Notes: generated by a model from the sequence alone, not told the origin. 23,328 nucleotides of DNA from Erysipelotrichaceae bacterium (GCA_028698185.1 JAQVDW010000027.1:1-23328); one strand, 5' to 3'. Numbered from the stretch's first letter, positions 8,067 to 17,293 are shown. A program made the numbers and translations.

Positions 8067-9341
8067 CTATTCAGCGGCAATTGTCGCATTCATTTCAGCG
8101 GCAATCTGTTTGCACACGTCAGTCATGGTTGATGGATTGTTCCATGCACTGATCAGTTTGGTTGACATTGCGTCTTCCCATCTACCTGTATACTTGGTGT
8201 ATGGTCTGAATACCAAAGTTCCGTTTTCTTCCACATCAGAGAATGCCGACAGATCCATACCTTCAAATGATTGGGTCCAAGCTTCTGATACACCTTCATA
8301 GGCAGCCATTGTCACACCTAATTCAGATTGTTTTTGTTGACCTTCTTTAGATGTCAATGCTGAAACCAGTGACCAAGAGGCATCCGCATTTGCAGAATCC
8401 TTGTAAATTGACCATCCCAAACCATTGTAAATTGATACTCTTTCTTCTTTTTGTGCCTGTCCGTCCCCGTTAACATCTTCATAAGGGATTTCTACCCAAG
8501 CAAGATCGTCTTTGTTGTCTGCTGAATAGTAGGCGTTTGCCATCCAAGAACCGTCAAGATACATTCCGATCTTTCCTGATACCAACATTGTGTCACCACC
8601 GGTGTTGGCCATTGAATCCTGGCTTGGACAAGTTGGCAGGATTTTGTCAGCCACGAACTTCATGGCTTTCAATGATGCGGCATCATCCAATCCTGATTTT
8701 GTCTTGTCGGCGTTAACAATCGAACCACCGAAAGAATAAACGATGTTGTACCATCCGCTTTGGTTGGATCCGGTGTTCATGTAAGTTCCATATACCCCGT
8801 CAGCCTTCCCTTTGTCTGTGATTTCTTGAGAGATCTGAGCGAATTCTTCCCATGTCCAGTCACTTGTTGGATAAGATACCCCGTACTTGTCGAAAACTGC
8901 TTTGTTGTAGACAACTGCGATCGTATCATGGTCTTTTGGCATCGCGAATTGAGTTCCGTTGGAATTGTACAATTCGGTAATTCCTGGATAATAGTTATTC
9001 AATTCGATAGCGTCGTCATTTTCGATGTAGCTGTTCATGTCCAGCAACACCCCGGCATCGGAATACATTTGGGAATAGGCGCTGTGCATCCAGAATACAT
9101 CAGGCAATTCACCTCCGGAAACTCCGGCTTCAAGCATGGTCCAGTAGCTGCTCCAGTCCAATACTTCGAAATCGACGTTGACACCTGAGTCTTTGCTCCA
9201 GTCATCGGCGATCTGTTCAAGACCGGCCAATTGGTTGTTGTCCCAGATAGCGACCTTGATTGAATCCTTTGAAGAGCTGCATCCTGACAGTAATGACAAT
9301 GACATGACTGAGCTCAATAGTAGTGCTGATACTTTTTTCAT
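8067..9341 (-). CDS. msmE: CUT1-family extracellular sugar-binding lipoprotein (MsmE-like)
   Basis: It has a signal peptide with lipobox LLSGC (MKKVSALLLSSVMSLSLLSGCSSS). It is the size of a family-1 solute-binding protein. I place the start at ATG 9341, which has an AGGAGA RBS; the ORF track extends to 9380. Confidence 0.9.
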   Translation of the reverse strand: MKKVSALLLSSVMSLSLLSGCSSSKDSIKVAIWDNNQLAGLEQIADDWSKDSGVNVDFEVLDWSSYWTMLEAGVSGGELPDVFWMHSAYSQMYSDAGVLLDMNSYIENDDAIELNNYYPGITELYNSNGTQFAMPKDHDTIAVVYNKAVFDKYGVSYPTSDWTWEEFAQISQEITDKGKADGVYGTYMNTGSNQSGWYNIVYSFGGSIVNADKTKSGLDDAASLKAMKFVADKILPTCPSQDSMANTGGDTMLVSGKIGMYLDGSWMANAYYSADNKDDLAWVEIPYEDVNGDGQAQKEERVSIYNGLGWSIYKDSANADASWSLVSALTSKEGQQKQSELGVTMAAYEGVSEAWTQSFEGMDLSAFSDVEENGTLVFRPYTKYTGRWEDAMSTKLISAWNNPSTMTDVCKQIAAEMNATIAAE

Positions 9342-9434
9342 TTTCTTCTCTCCTTGATATTTTTTTTGCCTTACTTCCACGGGATATTTTCAAACAGCCT
9401 TGTTCTTGCTTTGATTTGGAAACACTCCTTCAAG

Positions 9435-9517
9435 TGAAAGCGCTTTGACATTTTCAATTATATGATATTGGGGGAATTTAACAATATTCCAATGTTGCAA
9501 AAAGATAACCAAATGTT
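9435..9517 (-). promoter_or_regulatory. Putative promoter of the msmEFG-aga-yesL operon (direct repeats, -35/-10, strong cre)
   Basis: In the sense (minus) strand the elements are as follows. Direct repeat AACATTTGG is plus-strand 9509-9517 and AACATTGG is plus-strand 9489-9496, 21 bp apart. The -35 is TTGTTA (9479-9484). The -10 is TATAAT (9457-9462), 34 nt from the proximal AAC. The cre TGAAAGCGCTTTGA (9435-9448) matches the consensus at 13/14 and lies 8 nt after the -10. Confidence 0.6.
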
Positions 9518-9752
9518 AGATGATTCAAAACTAAACAACATCAGGTAATATTTGGTCAACTGTTGGATATGAAATTAATGACTGATCTGCTGGGATTCAA
9601 GCAATATGGGAATCAAATTATAAACAAATCAATGATTCTTGAACAAACTTGGGGCTTATTCCAGGAAGTGTCAATAAATGATGTTGTAATGGGGATATTT
9701 GCAATATAAGGCGTAGCTGGCACATCAAGATGATAACCTTGACCCGGGAGCA

Positions 9753-9789
9753 ATAAAATAAAAAGTCCGGATATCTGGTGATATCCGGA
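9753..9789 (-). terminator. Rho-independent terminator after the AraC-family regulator gene
   Basis: A perfect 10-bp stem TCCGGATATC/GATATCCGGA (9766-9789) has a 4-nt loop. On the minus strand it is followed by CTTTTTATTTTAT. It lies 65 nt after the regulator stop. Confidence 0.7.
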
Positions 9790-9853
9790 CAGGGACTGAC
9801 TTTTTGTTCCAATGTGACAGTTGGTAAAATTAAACATACTGAATGTTGGGTTG

Positions 9854-10711
9854 TCAGTTGTCGGCAAAGCTTGTTTTGAATTCATTATTTTTAAGACCGT
9901 GCAGCTTCCGGTAATCCCGCGGACCGAGCTTGTAAACCTGGGTAAACGCCTTCGAAAACGGGATATGGCTGGAGTAACCGCATGAACTGGCGATGTAATT
10001 GATCGGCAAATCGGTGTTGATCAGGTATTCTTCGGCTTGTTTCAGGCGATACTTCTTTAAAAATTCCTGCGGACTCTGGTTGAGATGTTCCTTGAAAATA
10101 GTTGAAAGATAGCTGCGGTTCAAACCGATATAGTCCGCGATTTCCTGGATTGACACATCGTTCTGGTAATTGTTCTGGATGTATTCGATAGTCTTTTGGA
10201 CATATATGTTTTCGTTCTCGTTTTCATGAACGTTGGCCACATTGGTTTTTTTGGCAATGCAGGACAAATAAAGAAAGAGTTTACCTTGAATGTACATCTC
10301 ATTGCTGTAACTAAGCTTGAAATGGGCCAGCATGTCAATGATGATTTCCCTGACTGTGTCGATTTCACCGATGGAGGCAACAGGGCTGTCAGCTGACAGA
10401 TTGCAATTTTTCAAATAATGGGATGCTTTGCCACCGTCAAATCCAAACCAGGCGTAAGTCCAGGGGTCGCTTTCGTCCGCCTGATAAAAGGTCACCTGGC
10501 CTGGTGTTATCAAAAATACATCACCGGGATTGATCCGATAAATCTGATTGTTCACATGAAAACGGCCATTTCCCGACAGACAGTAATGGATCAGATAATT
10601 GTCCCTGATTGCCGGCCCGTATGAATAACTGGGCTTACATTCTTCCATGCCGCAGAAATTCAGATAGATATCTTCAAATGACTTGTCTTCCATTTCCAAA
10701 TACGAGTACAT
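9854..10711 (-). CDS. msmR: AraC-family transcriptional regulator, MsmR/RafR-like (cupin sensor + C-terminal AraC HTH)
   Basis: The C-terminal AraC HTH region reads IQEIADYIGLNRSYLSTIFKEHLNQSPQEFLKKYRLKQAEEYL ... IASSCGYSSHIPFSKAFTQVYKLGPRDYR. The N-terminus is a cupin-type domain. I place the start at ATG 10711 (MYSYLEMEDK) with an AAGGAG RBS; the ORF track extends to 10750. The genomic context matches msm/raf operons. Confidence 0.88.
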   Translation of the reverse strand: MYSYLEMEDKSFEDIYLNFCGMEECKPSYSYGPAIRDNYLIHYCLSGNGRFHVNNQIYRINPGDVFLITPGQVTFYQADESDPWTYAWFGFDGGKASHYLKNCNLSADSPVASIGEIDTVREIIIDMLAHFKLSYSNEMYIQGKLFLYLSCIAKKTNVANVHENENENIYVQKTIEYIQNNYQNDVSIQEIADYIGLNRSYLSTIFKEHLNQSPQEFLKKYRLKQAEEYLINTDLPINYIASSCGYSSHIPFSKAFTQVYKLGPRDYRKLHGLKNNEFKTSFADN

Positions 10712-10847
10712 GTCCTTGCTCCTTCTACGGGTAACCGATGATGAATTCAAATCTATCTATATTTTACACCTGCTCATAAGGGAAATGGAAGCTTAGAGTG
10801 AATGTGATTCCAATATTTCACTTCACTTTGTCGAAAATATTTCTTTG

Positions 10848-12281
10848 TCAGAACTCAAGCTGGTAGCTTGTGCCGTTTTCAAGGATGTTTATGGTGAATT
10901 CGTAGGTTTCCAGATCCGCTTCCAAAATTGCGGTTGCTCCGGTTCCGACCCGTTTGATTACAAGCTTATGGCCGCTGGCATCGCAATGACATTCGCCATC
11001 AAAAGCCGGGCACTGGTTTCTAAAAATCATCAGTTTTTTCAGGTCGCTAACAATTTTGCGCTCCATGTTTTTATCGACTTCGGCTATGCTATAGTAGTGG
11101 CGGTTGATGTTTCTTCCTTCTTTGGTGCTTTCCAACAATTCCAGGTCGTTTTCACCAGCCAGCATCCCCACATAATAAACCTGAGGGATTCCTGGTGCGA
11201 AAAACTGAATCGCGCGGGCCAGCAAGTAGGCGTCATCGCGGTTTCCAAGTGCCGAATAGTAGGTGCAGTTGATCTGATAGATATCCAGATTGTTGTATTC
11301 CTCGCTGCTGTATTTTTTCTTGACGTTGGCACCTTTGGAATAAAGCAATTCTTTGGTGTCGTCGATTTCTTCCTGGGTAAGCAAATCGACCACGTCGACC
11401 ACCCCGATACCATCATGGGTATCCAAGGTTGTCATCTGCTTGCGCGGACAGATATCCAGCCAATGTTTTAGCCGCTTTCCATCATGTTTGTACAGAGTAT
11501 GCAATACCAACATCGGCAAGGCGAAATCGTAGACCCAGAAACCTTTGTCGGCTATTTTCATCTGGATTGAATAATGTTCATGGATTTCCGGCAAAATCTC
11601 CACGCCGTATTCCTTGGTGATTTTTTCGATATCATAAAGAAGGTCCCACATTTCCGGTTCGATGAAGAAACAGCTTGAGTCCGGTTTTTTGATGGCATAG
11701 GCAAAGGCATCAAGCCGGATCATCGAAGCACCCTGTCTGCACATATCCTGCAATGTTTTTTTGATAAATTCTCTGGTTATCTGTTTTTCGACATCCAGAT
11801 CGATCTGTTCCTCGCCGAATGTGCACCAGATTTTTTCGACTGTGCCGTCATCGAACTCAAGATTGACATATGGTGCCTTTGGTTTTCTTTTGTAGATCTT
11901 GTCAACCTGCTCCGGGGTTGGTTCGCCGTTCTCCCAGAACTCTTTGTACCTGATGAACAGGTCCTTATATTGCGAATTGTCCTTGTTTTTCTTGAAATCA
12001 AGATAATAAGGGGAGTGGGCTGAGATGTGATTTACCATGAAGTCGTACATCAAGCCATATTTTTTCCCGATTCTTTCCAGGTCGCTGAAATTTCCGAACT
12101 TCTCATCCACCATGTCGTAGCGCATCGGGGCAAACCCGCGGTCAGCTGATGATGGAAAGAATGGAAGGACATGGACATTGCCAATGGCATCCTTATAGTG
12201 CTTTTCAAGCACTTCTTCCATCTCGTTGAGATTTTTTCCCAGACTATCACCGTATGTGATCAACATTATTTGATTTTTCAT
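10848..12281 (-). CDS. gtfA: Sucrose phosphorylase (GH13 subfamily 18), 477 aa
   Basis: The N-terminus MLITYGDSLGKNL...HVLPFFPSSADRGFAP is typical of the family. Catalytic blocks MIRLDAFAY, LPEIHEHY and TLDTHDGIGVVD are present. Specificity-loop sequences YKRKPKAP and NLDIYQINCTYYSALG resemble lactic-acid-bacterial and S. mutans GtfA enzymes. The RBS is ggagg. Confidence 0.92.
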   Translation of the reverse strand: MKNQIMLITYGDSLGKNLNEMEEVLEKHYKDAIGNVHVLPFFPSSADRGFAPMRYDMVDEKFGNFSDLERIGKKYGLMYDFMVNHISAHSPYYLDFKKNKDNSQYKDLFIRYKEFWENGEPTPEQVDKIYKRKPKAPYVNLEFDDGTVEKIWCTFGEEQIDLDVEKQITREFIKKTLQDMCRQGASMIRLDAFAYAIKKPDSSCFFIEPEMWDLLYDIEKITKEYGVEILPEIHEHYSIQMKIADKGFWVYDFALPMLVLHTLYKHDGKRLKHWLDICPRKQMTTLDTHDGIGVVDVVDLLTQEEIDDTKELLYSKGANVKKKYSSEEYNNLDIYQINCTYYSALGNRDDAYLLARAIQFFAPGIPQVYYVGMLAGENDLELLESTKEGRNINRHYYSIAEVDKNMERKIVSDLKKLMIFRNQCPAFDGECHCDASGHKLVIKRVGTGATAILEADLETYEFTINILENGTSYQLEF

Positions 12282-12371
12282 AATTTTATTCCTCCGCTTA
12301 AAATTTTATGACGATTACGAAAAATGATGATTCAAGCTCCAAGCATCCTGACTGAATTCCAGCCACAATCA

Positions 12372-12452
12372 TGTAAGCGATAATCAGTGATATTATAACA
12401 AGTGACAATAACAGTGCCATAACATCACGTTTGCAATATATTTCCAAGTGTT
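12372..12452 (-). promoter_or_regulatory. Putative promoter of the sucrose phosphorylase gene (same architecture)
   Basis: In the sense (minus) strand the elements are as follows. Direct repeat AACACTTGG is plus-strand 12444-12452 and AACGTGATG is plus-strand 12423-12431, 21 bp apart. The -35 is ATGGCA (12415-12420). The -10 is extended, TGtTATAAT (12392-12400), 34 nt from the proximal AAC. A cre-like TGTAAGCGATAATC (12372-12385) matches at 12/14 and lies 6 nt after the -10. The proximal repeat is degenerate. Confidence 0.5.
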
Positions 12453-12815
12453 AATTGATTCTTATTATCGCAAGTAATGGCGGCCTAGAATTTGATTTTT
12501 GGAGGCACATATGGACATATAACTACACAAATCGTTGATTTATCCGATTATTTGTATAAAATATATTTATACGAATAATCAAGCCTGAATCTGGATTTTT
12601 GCAGCAATAATCGCAGATAAAAAGCGCCAGGGGGTTAGATTCGCATAGGTGATAATGAAAGTAACCAACCGATGCGATTTTTTGTTTTCGGGCTTGAAAA
12701 CAGCTCAAATGATCGTGATGGATCTTTTGGTATCTTGCACTCCATTGCTTGGTTGGTTACCTTATTTGAAAGGCGATTGCGGCGATCGGATTTATCAACC
12801 GGAATCTCAATATAT

Positions 12816-12895
12816 AACATTAGGGAATATATATCTAACATCGTAAAATGTCAAACAAGGCTAATGATGGTATATTATTGCTGTAAGCGCAACCA
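12816..12895 (+). promoter_or_regulatory. Putative promoter of the second ABC operon (same architecture)
   Basis: Direct repeats AACATTAGG (12816-12824) and AACATCG (12837-12843) are 21 bp apart. The -35 is ATGTCA (12848-12853), with a 17-nt spacer. The -10 is extended, TGgTATATT (12868-12876), 34 nt from the proximal AAC. A cre-like TGTAAGCGCAACCA (12882-12895) matches at 12/14 and lies 5 nt after the -10. Confidence 0.55.
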
Positions 12896-12970
12896 CCATC
12901 TTTGCCGTATTGCAGTTTCACTCAAAGCCTTACCATACAACAAGATTATAGATAAAAAGGAGGAACCAGG

Positions 12971-14236
12971 ATGAAAAAGTACTTATCCGCATCCATTTGT
13001 CTGACACTGGCAATGAGTGTCCTTTCGGGATGTTCATCCAGCCAAGACATCGCGGGGAAGACAACAATCGAGCTAGTCACCTACAAGATGGAAGCCGTGG
13101 ATCTGTTCAATGAATTTGCTAGAGAGTTCAACGAAGAAAACCCGGACTTGAATCTGGTGATTGAGGCGCCCAAAGATGCCACGACAGTAATCAAGACCCG
13201 CCTGATCAAGGACGATGCTCCGGATATGATCGGAATCGGTGGCGACAGCACATTTTCAATCTTAGTGGACACAGGAGTGCTTGGAGATATCAGTGACTAC
13301 TCCGGTCTTGATGATATCAAGGAAAGCTTTCTGGAGATTGACAAGAAACTGGAGCCTGTGCCAAAGACTGGCGTTTACGCTTTACCTTATGTCGCAAATG
13401 CCTCAGGGATACTTTTCAATAAGAGGATTTTTGCCCAATACGGATGGGAAATTCCGGATACATGGGATGGATTGATTAACTTATGCGAAACAATTCAGGC
13501 AGCGGGATTAGCTCCATTCACATTCGGGCACAAGGATTCCTGGACCACATTGGCACCTTGGAACGCCTTGGCTGTAAGTATGACCAGCCCGGATTTGTTT
13601 ACCCGGGTGAGTCTTGGGCAGGATAAGTTTTCGAATCATTACGGCGATATCGCTTTGAAACAAAAGCAGTTGCTCGAATACTCCGGAAATGACCCATTCG
13701 CCTATGGGTACAACGATGCCTGCACCGCATTTGCTAAGGGGCTGGCGGCGATGTATCCAATCGGTTCATATGCGATTCCGCAGATCCTTTCGGTCAATCC
13801 GGATCTGGAAATCGGATCGTTCGTCCTGCCGGCGAACAATGATCCCAAGACCAACATCCTCAATTCTGGAATCGATCTGCAATTTAGTGTCATGGAGGAT
13901 TCCAAGGTGAAGGAAGAATGTTACCGGGTTTTGGAATTCTTCCAACGCAATGAGAATATTCAAAGATACATCAATGAGCAGATTTCTGTTCCCTGCAAAC
14001 AAGGTGAATTCGAACTGAATGAGTCGTTGACGCATATGAAAGATTACATTGATGCAAATTTGCTTAGTGATTATCCTGATCATCACTACCCAAGCGAAAT
14101 GGGAGCGGACGCCTTGATCCAGACCTACCTGGTTACCGGAGATTTGAAAAAATTCCTGGATACTTTCGACAAGGATTGGATCCGTTTCAATCAGGACAAC
14201 ATCAGGAAATTGTTAGAGTATGAAGAGAATCATTAA
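12971..14236 (+). CDS. CUT1-family extracellular sugar-binding lipoprotein (RafE-like), 421 aa
   Basis: It has a signal peptide with lipobox LSGC (MKKYLSASICLTLAMSVLSGCSSS). The RBS is aaggagg. It is the size of a family-1 solute-binding protein, with blocks resembling multiple-sugar/raffinose binders (DAPDMIG, IPDTWDGL, PFTFGHKDSWT, LVTGD). The substrate cannot be assigned from sequence. Confidence 0.9.
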   Translation: MKKYLSASICLTLAMSVLSGCSSSQDIAGKTTIELVTYKMEAVDLFNEFAREFNEENPDLNLVIEAPKDATTVIKTRLIKDDAPDMIGIGGDSTFSILVDTGVLGDISDYSGLDDIKESFLEIDKKLEPVPKTGVYALPYVANASGILFNKRIFAQYGWEIPDTWDGLINLCETIQAAGLAPFTFGHKDSWTTLAPWNALAVSMTSPDLFTRVSLGQDKFSNHYGDIALKQKQLLEYSGNDPFAYGYNDACTAFAKGLAAMYPIGSYAIPQILSVNPDLEIGSFVLPANNDPKTNILNSGIDLQFSVMEDSKVKEECYRVLEFFQRNENIQRYINEQISVPCKQGEFELNESLTHMKDYIDANLLSDYPDHHYPSEMGADALIQTYLVTGDLKKFLDTFDKDWIRFNQDNIRKLLEYEENH

Positions 14237-14248
14237 TAGGAGGTTATT

Positions 14249-15127
14249 ATGAAAGACAAACTAAATAGTAATCGCTCCAGAACGTTTCTGGCAATCACTA
14301 TCCCGATTGTGATTCTATTCTTTGTTTTCAATACAATGGCAGTCATCCAGGGCTTTGGCTACAGTCTGACCAACTTCAAGGGTTTTGGCGGATATGATTT
14401 CGTCGGTTTGCGAAACTACATTGATTTGTTTAGTGATGAAAGAATCATAAATTCCTATATATTCACCTTTGGATTCGCAATCATTTGCACGATCCTGGTC
14501 AATATCATTTCACTAGTTCTGGCTTTGGGATTGAGTTCGAAAATAAGGGCCCAGGGGGCGCTTCGGGCAATCTATTTCTTGCCAAACATTCTGGGCGGTC
14601 TGGTGATCGGGTATGTCTTCAACTTCTTTTTCACCTACATCCTCCCGGGAATCGGCGAAGCGATCAACAGCGGGGCTTTGTCCAACAGTCTGCTGGCAAG
14701 TCCCAAGACAGCCTGGTTCGCATTGGTGATAACCGTTGCCTGGCAGGCGGTGGCCTTGAACACCCTGATCTATATTTCCGGTTTGCAGACCGTACCGGAG
14801 GATGTTTACGAGGCGGGGGCGATTGACGGGGCTGTGGGATTTAAAAAGTTCAAAAATATCACCTTTCCGCTGATAATGCCGTTTTTCACAATCAACATGG
14901 TGTTATGCATGAAAAATTTCCTGATGGTGTTCGACCAAGTTGTTTCATTGACAGGAGGCGGACCGGCGCGGTCGACGGAATCGATTTCGTTCCTTATTTA
15001 TAGCGGTGGCTTGTCTGGGGGAGCGTTCGGCTATCAGAGTGCCAATGCTGTTATTTTCTTTGTGGTGATTGTCACAATCTCGATATTCCAATTGAGATTC
15101 TTGAATAGCAAGGAGGAACAGTTGTGA
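14249..15127 (+). CDS. CUT1-family sugar ABC transporter permease
   Basis: 292 aa, multi-pass, with the EAA loop VYEAGAIDGAVGFKKFKNITFPLIMP. The RBS is taggagg. Confidence 0.9.
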   Translation: MKDKLNSNRSRTFLAITIPIVILFFVFNTMAVIQGFGYSLTNFKGFGGYDFVGLRNYIDLFSDERIINSYIFTFGFAIICTILVNIISLVLALGLSSKIRAQGALRAIYFLPNILGGLVIGYVFNFFFTYILPGIGEAINSGALSNSLLASPKTAWFALVITVAWQAVALNTLIYISGLQTVPEDVYEAGAIDGAVGFKKFKNITFPLIMPFFTINMVLCMKNFLMVFDQVVSLTGGGPARSTESISFLIYSGGLSGGAFGYQSANAVIFFVVIVTISIFQLRFLNSKEEQL

Positions 15128-15981
15128 TGTTGAAAAAGTCTCAATTGGCCAGAACGGCAAAAAAGACCAACCGTACGATAACGTTTTGGCTGCTTGTGGG
15201 AAGTCTGAGTGTATTCTTTCCATTGTATATGACAATCATGATCGCTTTTAAGGATCCTTCTCAAATGAGCAATAGCATCGCAGGCATCCTGGCTTTTCCC
15301 AAATCATGGAGTTTTGACAATTTCCAGCAGGCGATGGCGATCACTGATTTCTGGCACACGCTTTCAAACAGCATCCTGATAACAGGGGCCACAATGATTG
15401 TGGCGGTTATTTTCCATTCGCTGATCGGTTATGCGATCGGCAGAAGCATGCAAAAGAGGGGTTATCGTCTGCTCTATCTCTATATCATCAGCGGAATGTT
15501 TGTGCCATTTGCCATCATCATGATGCCGATTGTCAAACAGACCGCAATGCTGGGGATAGACAACCGTTTTGGAGTGGTCTTGCTCTACAGTATATTTTAC
15601 CTGCCGATGAATCTGATGCTTTACACCGGCTATTTGAAAAATATTCCACTTTCCCTCGAAGAGGCGGCGGCAATCGATGGGGCATCCACTTTCAAGACTT
15701 TCTGGAGTGTGATTTTCCCATTGATGAAACCGATGCATGCAACTGTGGCGGTATTGACCGCATTGGGAACCTGGAATGATGTGATGCTGCCACTGGTTTT
15801 GTTGTCGGGAACGGGACAAAACACGCTGCCAATCGCACAATTGAATTTCCAAAGTCAGTTCGGGACAAACTACAACCTGGCGTTTGCCTCTTATTTGCTG
15901 GCTTTGATACCAATGTTGATAATCTATATTATCGGCCAAAAACAAATTATTAAAGGTGTTGTCAACGGGGCAATAAAATAA
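15124..15981 (+). CDS. CUT1-family sugar ABC transporter permease
   Basis: 285 aa with the EAA loop [26 protein letters not shown]. The start is either GTG 15124 or the adjacent ATG 15127. Either one overlaps the upstream stop (GTGATG), which implies translational coupling. Confidence 0.9.
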   Translation: MMLKKSQLARTAKKTNRTITFWLLVGSLSVFFPLYMTIMIAFKDPSQMSNSIAGILAFPKSWSFDNFQQAMAITDFWHTLSNSILITGATMIVAVIFHSLIGYAIGRSMQKRGYRLLYLYIISGMFVPFAIIMMPIVKQTAMLGIDNRFGVVLLYSIFYLPMNLMLYTGYLKNIPLSLEEAAAIDGASTFKTFWSVIFPLMKPMHATVAVLTALGTWNDVMLPLVLLSGTGQNTLPIAQLNFQSQFGTNYNLAFASYLLALIPMLIIYIIGQKQIIKGVVNGAIK

Positions 15982-15995
15982 AAGGAGAGAAGAAA

Positions 15996-17108
15996 ATGGC
16001 AAGTATATCAATTAGAAATTTAAATAAAACATATCCAGATGGAGTGGAGGTAATCGATGGCCTTAACCTGGAAATCAAAGACAAGGAATTCATTGTTCTA
16101 GTCGGGCCTTCGGGTTGTGGTAAATCAACGACATTGCGAATGATTGCCGGTCTGGAAGATATTACCGGAGGCGAATTGGCAATCGGGGACCGGGTCGTCA
16201 ATGACGTTCAGCCAAAAGATCGCGATATCGCGATGGTTTTCCAAAACTATGCCTTATATCCGCATATGACGGTTTACAAGAACATGGCATTCGGTCTGGA
16301 GTTGAAAAAAGTACCGAAAGATGAAATTGATCAGAAAATCAAAGAGGCTGCAAAAGTGCTTGATTTGGAAAAATACCTGAACCGCAAGCCTAAGGCTCTT
16401 TCAGGGGGGCAGCGGCAAAGGGTTGCATTGGGAAGAGCGATGGTTAGAAATCCGGCAGTGTTCCTGCTTGATGAGCCATTATCGAATTTGGATGCCAAAT
16501 TAAGGACCCAGATGCGTACAGAAATATCTAAATTGCACCGCAAACTTCAAACTACTTTCGTGTATGTCACACATGACCAGACAGAGGCTATGACTATGGG
16601 GGATCGAATTGTTGTATTGAAAGATGGCAAGATTCAACAGGTGGATACTCCTGAGAATCTTTATAACAAGCCGGCAAATATATTTGTTGCCGGATTCATC
16701 GGATCACCACAGATGAATTTTATCAATTCCAAGGTGACCCAAGAAGGTTCAAAATATTTTATTAAAATTGACGGATGCACATTGGAAATTCCAGCCGGTA
16801 AAAACAAGAACGACATCCTAAGCAAATATGCGGGCAAAGAAGTCGTGGTCGGAATTCGTCCTGAAGATTTCCATCTTGACCAAGCATTCATTGAGATGGC
16901 ACCAAAATCATTGATTGATGTCAAAATCGACTTGACTGAAATGATGGGGGCCGAGGTATATTGCTATGGAAAAATCGATGATGAGGCAATCATTTTCCGG
17001 GCTCCATCGCGATTCAGACCAAAGGAACAAGAAGAAATAGTCGTGGCAATCGACGTGAACAAGATCCACTTGTTTGACAAAGAAACAACGGAATCAATCA
17101 TCATTTAG
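15996..17108 (+). CDS. msmK: Sugar ABC transporter ATP-binding protein (MsmK/MalK/UgpC type), 370 aa
   Basis: Walker [10 protein letters not shown], signature LSGGQRQR, Walker [10 protein letters not shown] and the H-loop VTHDQ are all present. A C-terminal MalK-type regulatory domain is also present. It is the only ABC ATPase in the window. Confidence 0.92.
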   Translation: MASISIRNLNKTYPDGVEVIDGLNLEIKDKEFIVLVGPSGCGKSTTLRMIAGLEDITGGELAIGDRVVNDVQPKDRDIAMVFQNYALYPHMTVYKNMAFGLELKKVPKDEIDQKIKEAAKVLDLEKYLNRKPKALSGGQRQRVALGRAMVRNPAVFLLDEPLSNLDAKLRTQMRTEISKLHRKLQTTFVYVTHDQTEAMTMGDRIVVLKDGKIQQVDTPENLYNKPANIFVAGFIGSPQMNFINSKVTQEGSKYFIKIDGCTLEIPAGKNKNDILSKYAGKEVVVGIRPEDFHLDQAFIEMAPKSLIDVKIDLTEMMGAEVYCYGKIDDEAIIFRAPSRFRPKEQEEIVVAIDVNKIHLFDKETTESIII

Positions 17109-17153
17109 GGGAAATGATTTAAATAAAACAAAATCTGGGGTCAATAATATTAT

Positions 17154-17209
17154 CCTTTCAGTGCAGCTGACGCATGAATTTCGCGTTGGCTGCGATGAAA
17201 GGTTTTTTT
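17154..17209 (+). terminator. Rho-independent terminator of the second ABC operon
   Basis: The outer stem is CCTTTCA (17154-17160) with TGAAAGG (17196-17202), and the inner stem is GCAGC/GCTGC. A run of seven T follows (17203-17209). It lies 46 nt after the ATPase stop. Confidence 0.65.
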
Positions 17210-17293
17210 GTCTTGTATTGAAAAATCCGGTGCTTGCTAGCAACGTGATTTTATAATGTATCAAGTTATGGATTTGGCGCCTATTAAATGCGG

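Noticed and set aside
10845-11471. A 208-aa plus-strand ORF, and other long antisense ORFs (15364-16011, 8760-9188, 5241-5648)
   Set aside because: Each lies inside and antisense to a confidently identified gene: sucrose phosphorylase, a permease, the binding protein and GH36 respectively. All are low-complexity mirror frames.
12661-12760. A 10-bp inverted repeat GTAACCAACC / GGTTGGTTAC with an 80-nt spacer (a possible MITE or structured RNA)
   Set aside because: A single 10-bp inverted repeat within 100 nt is about what chance predicts in a window of this size. It has no flanking target duplication and no second copy.
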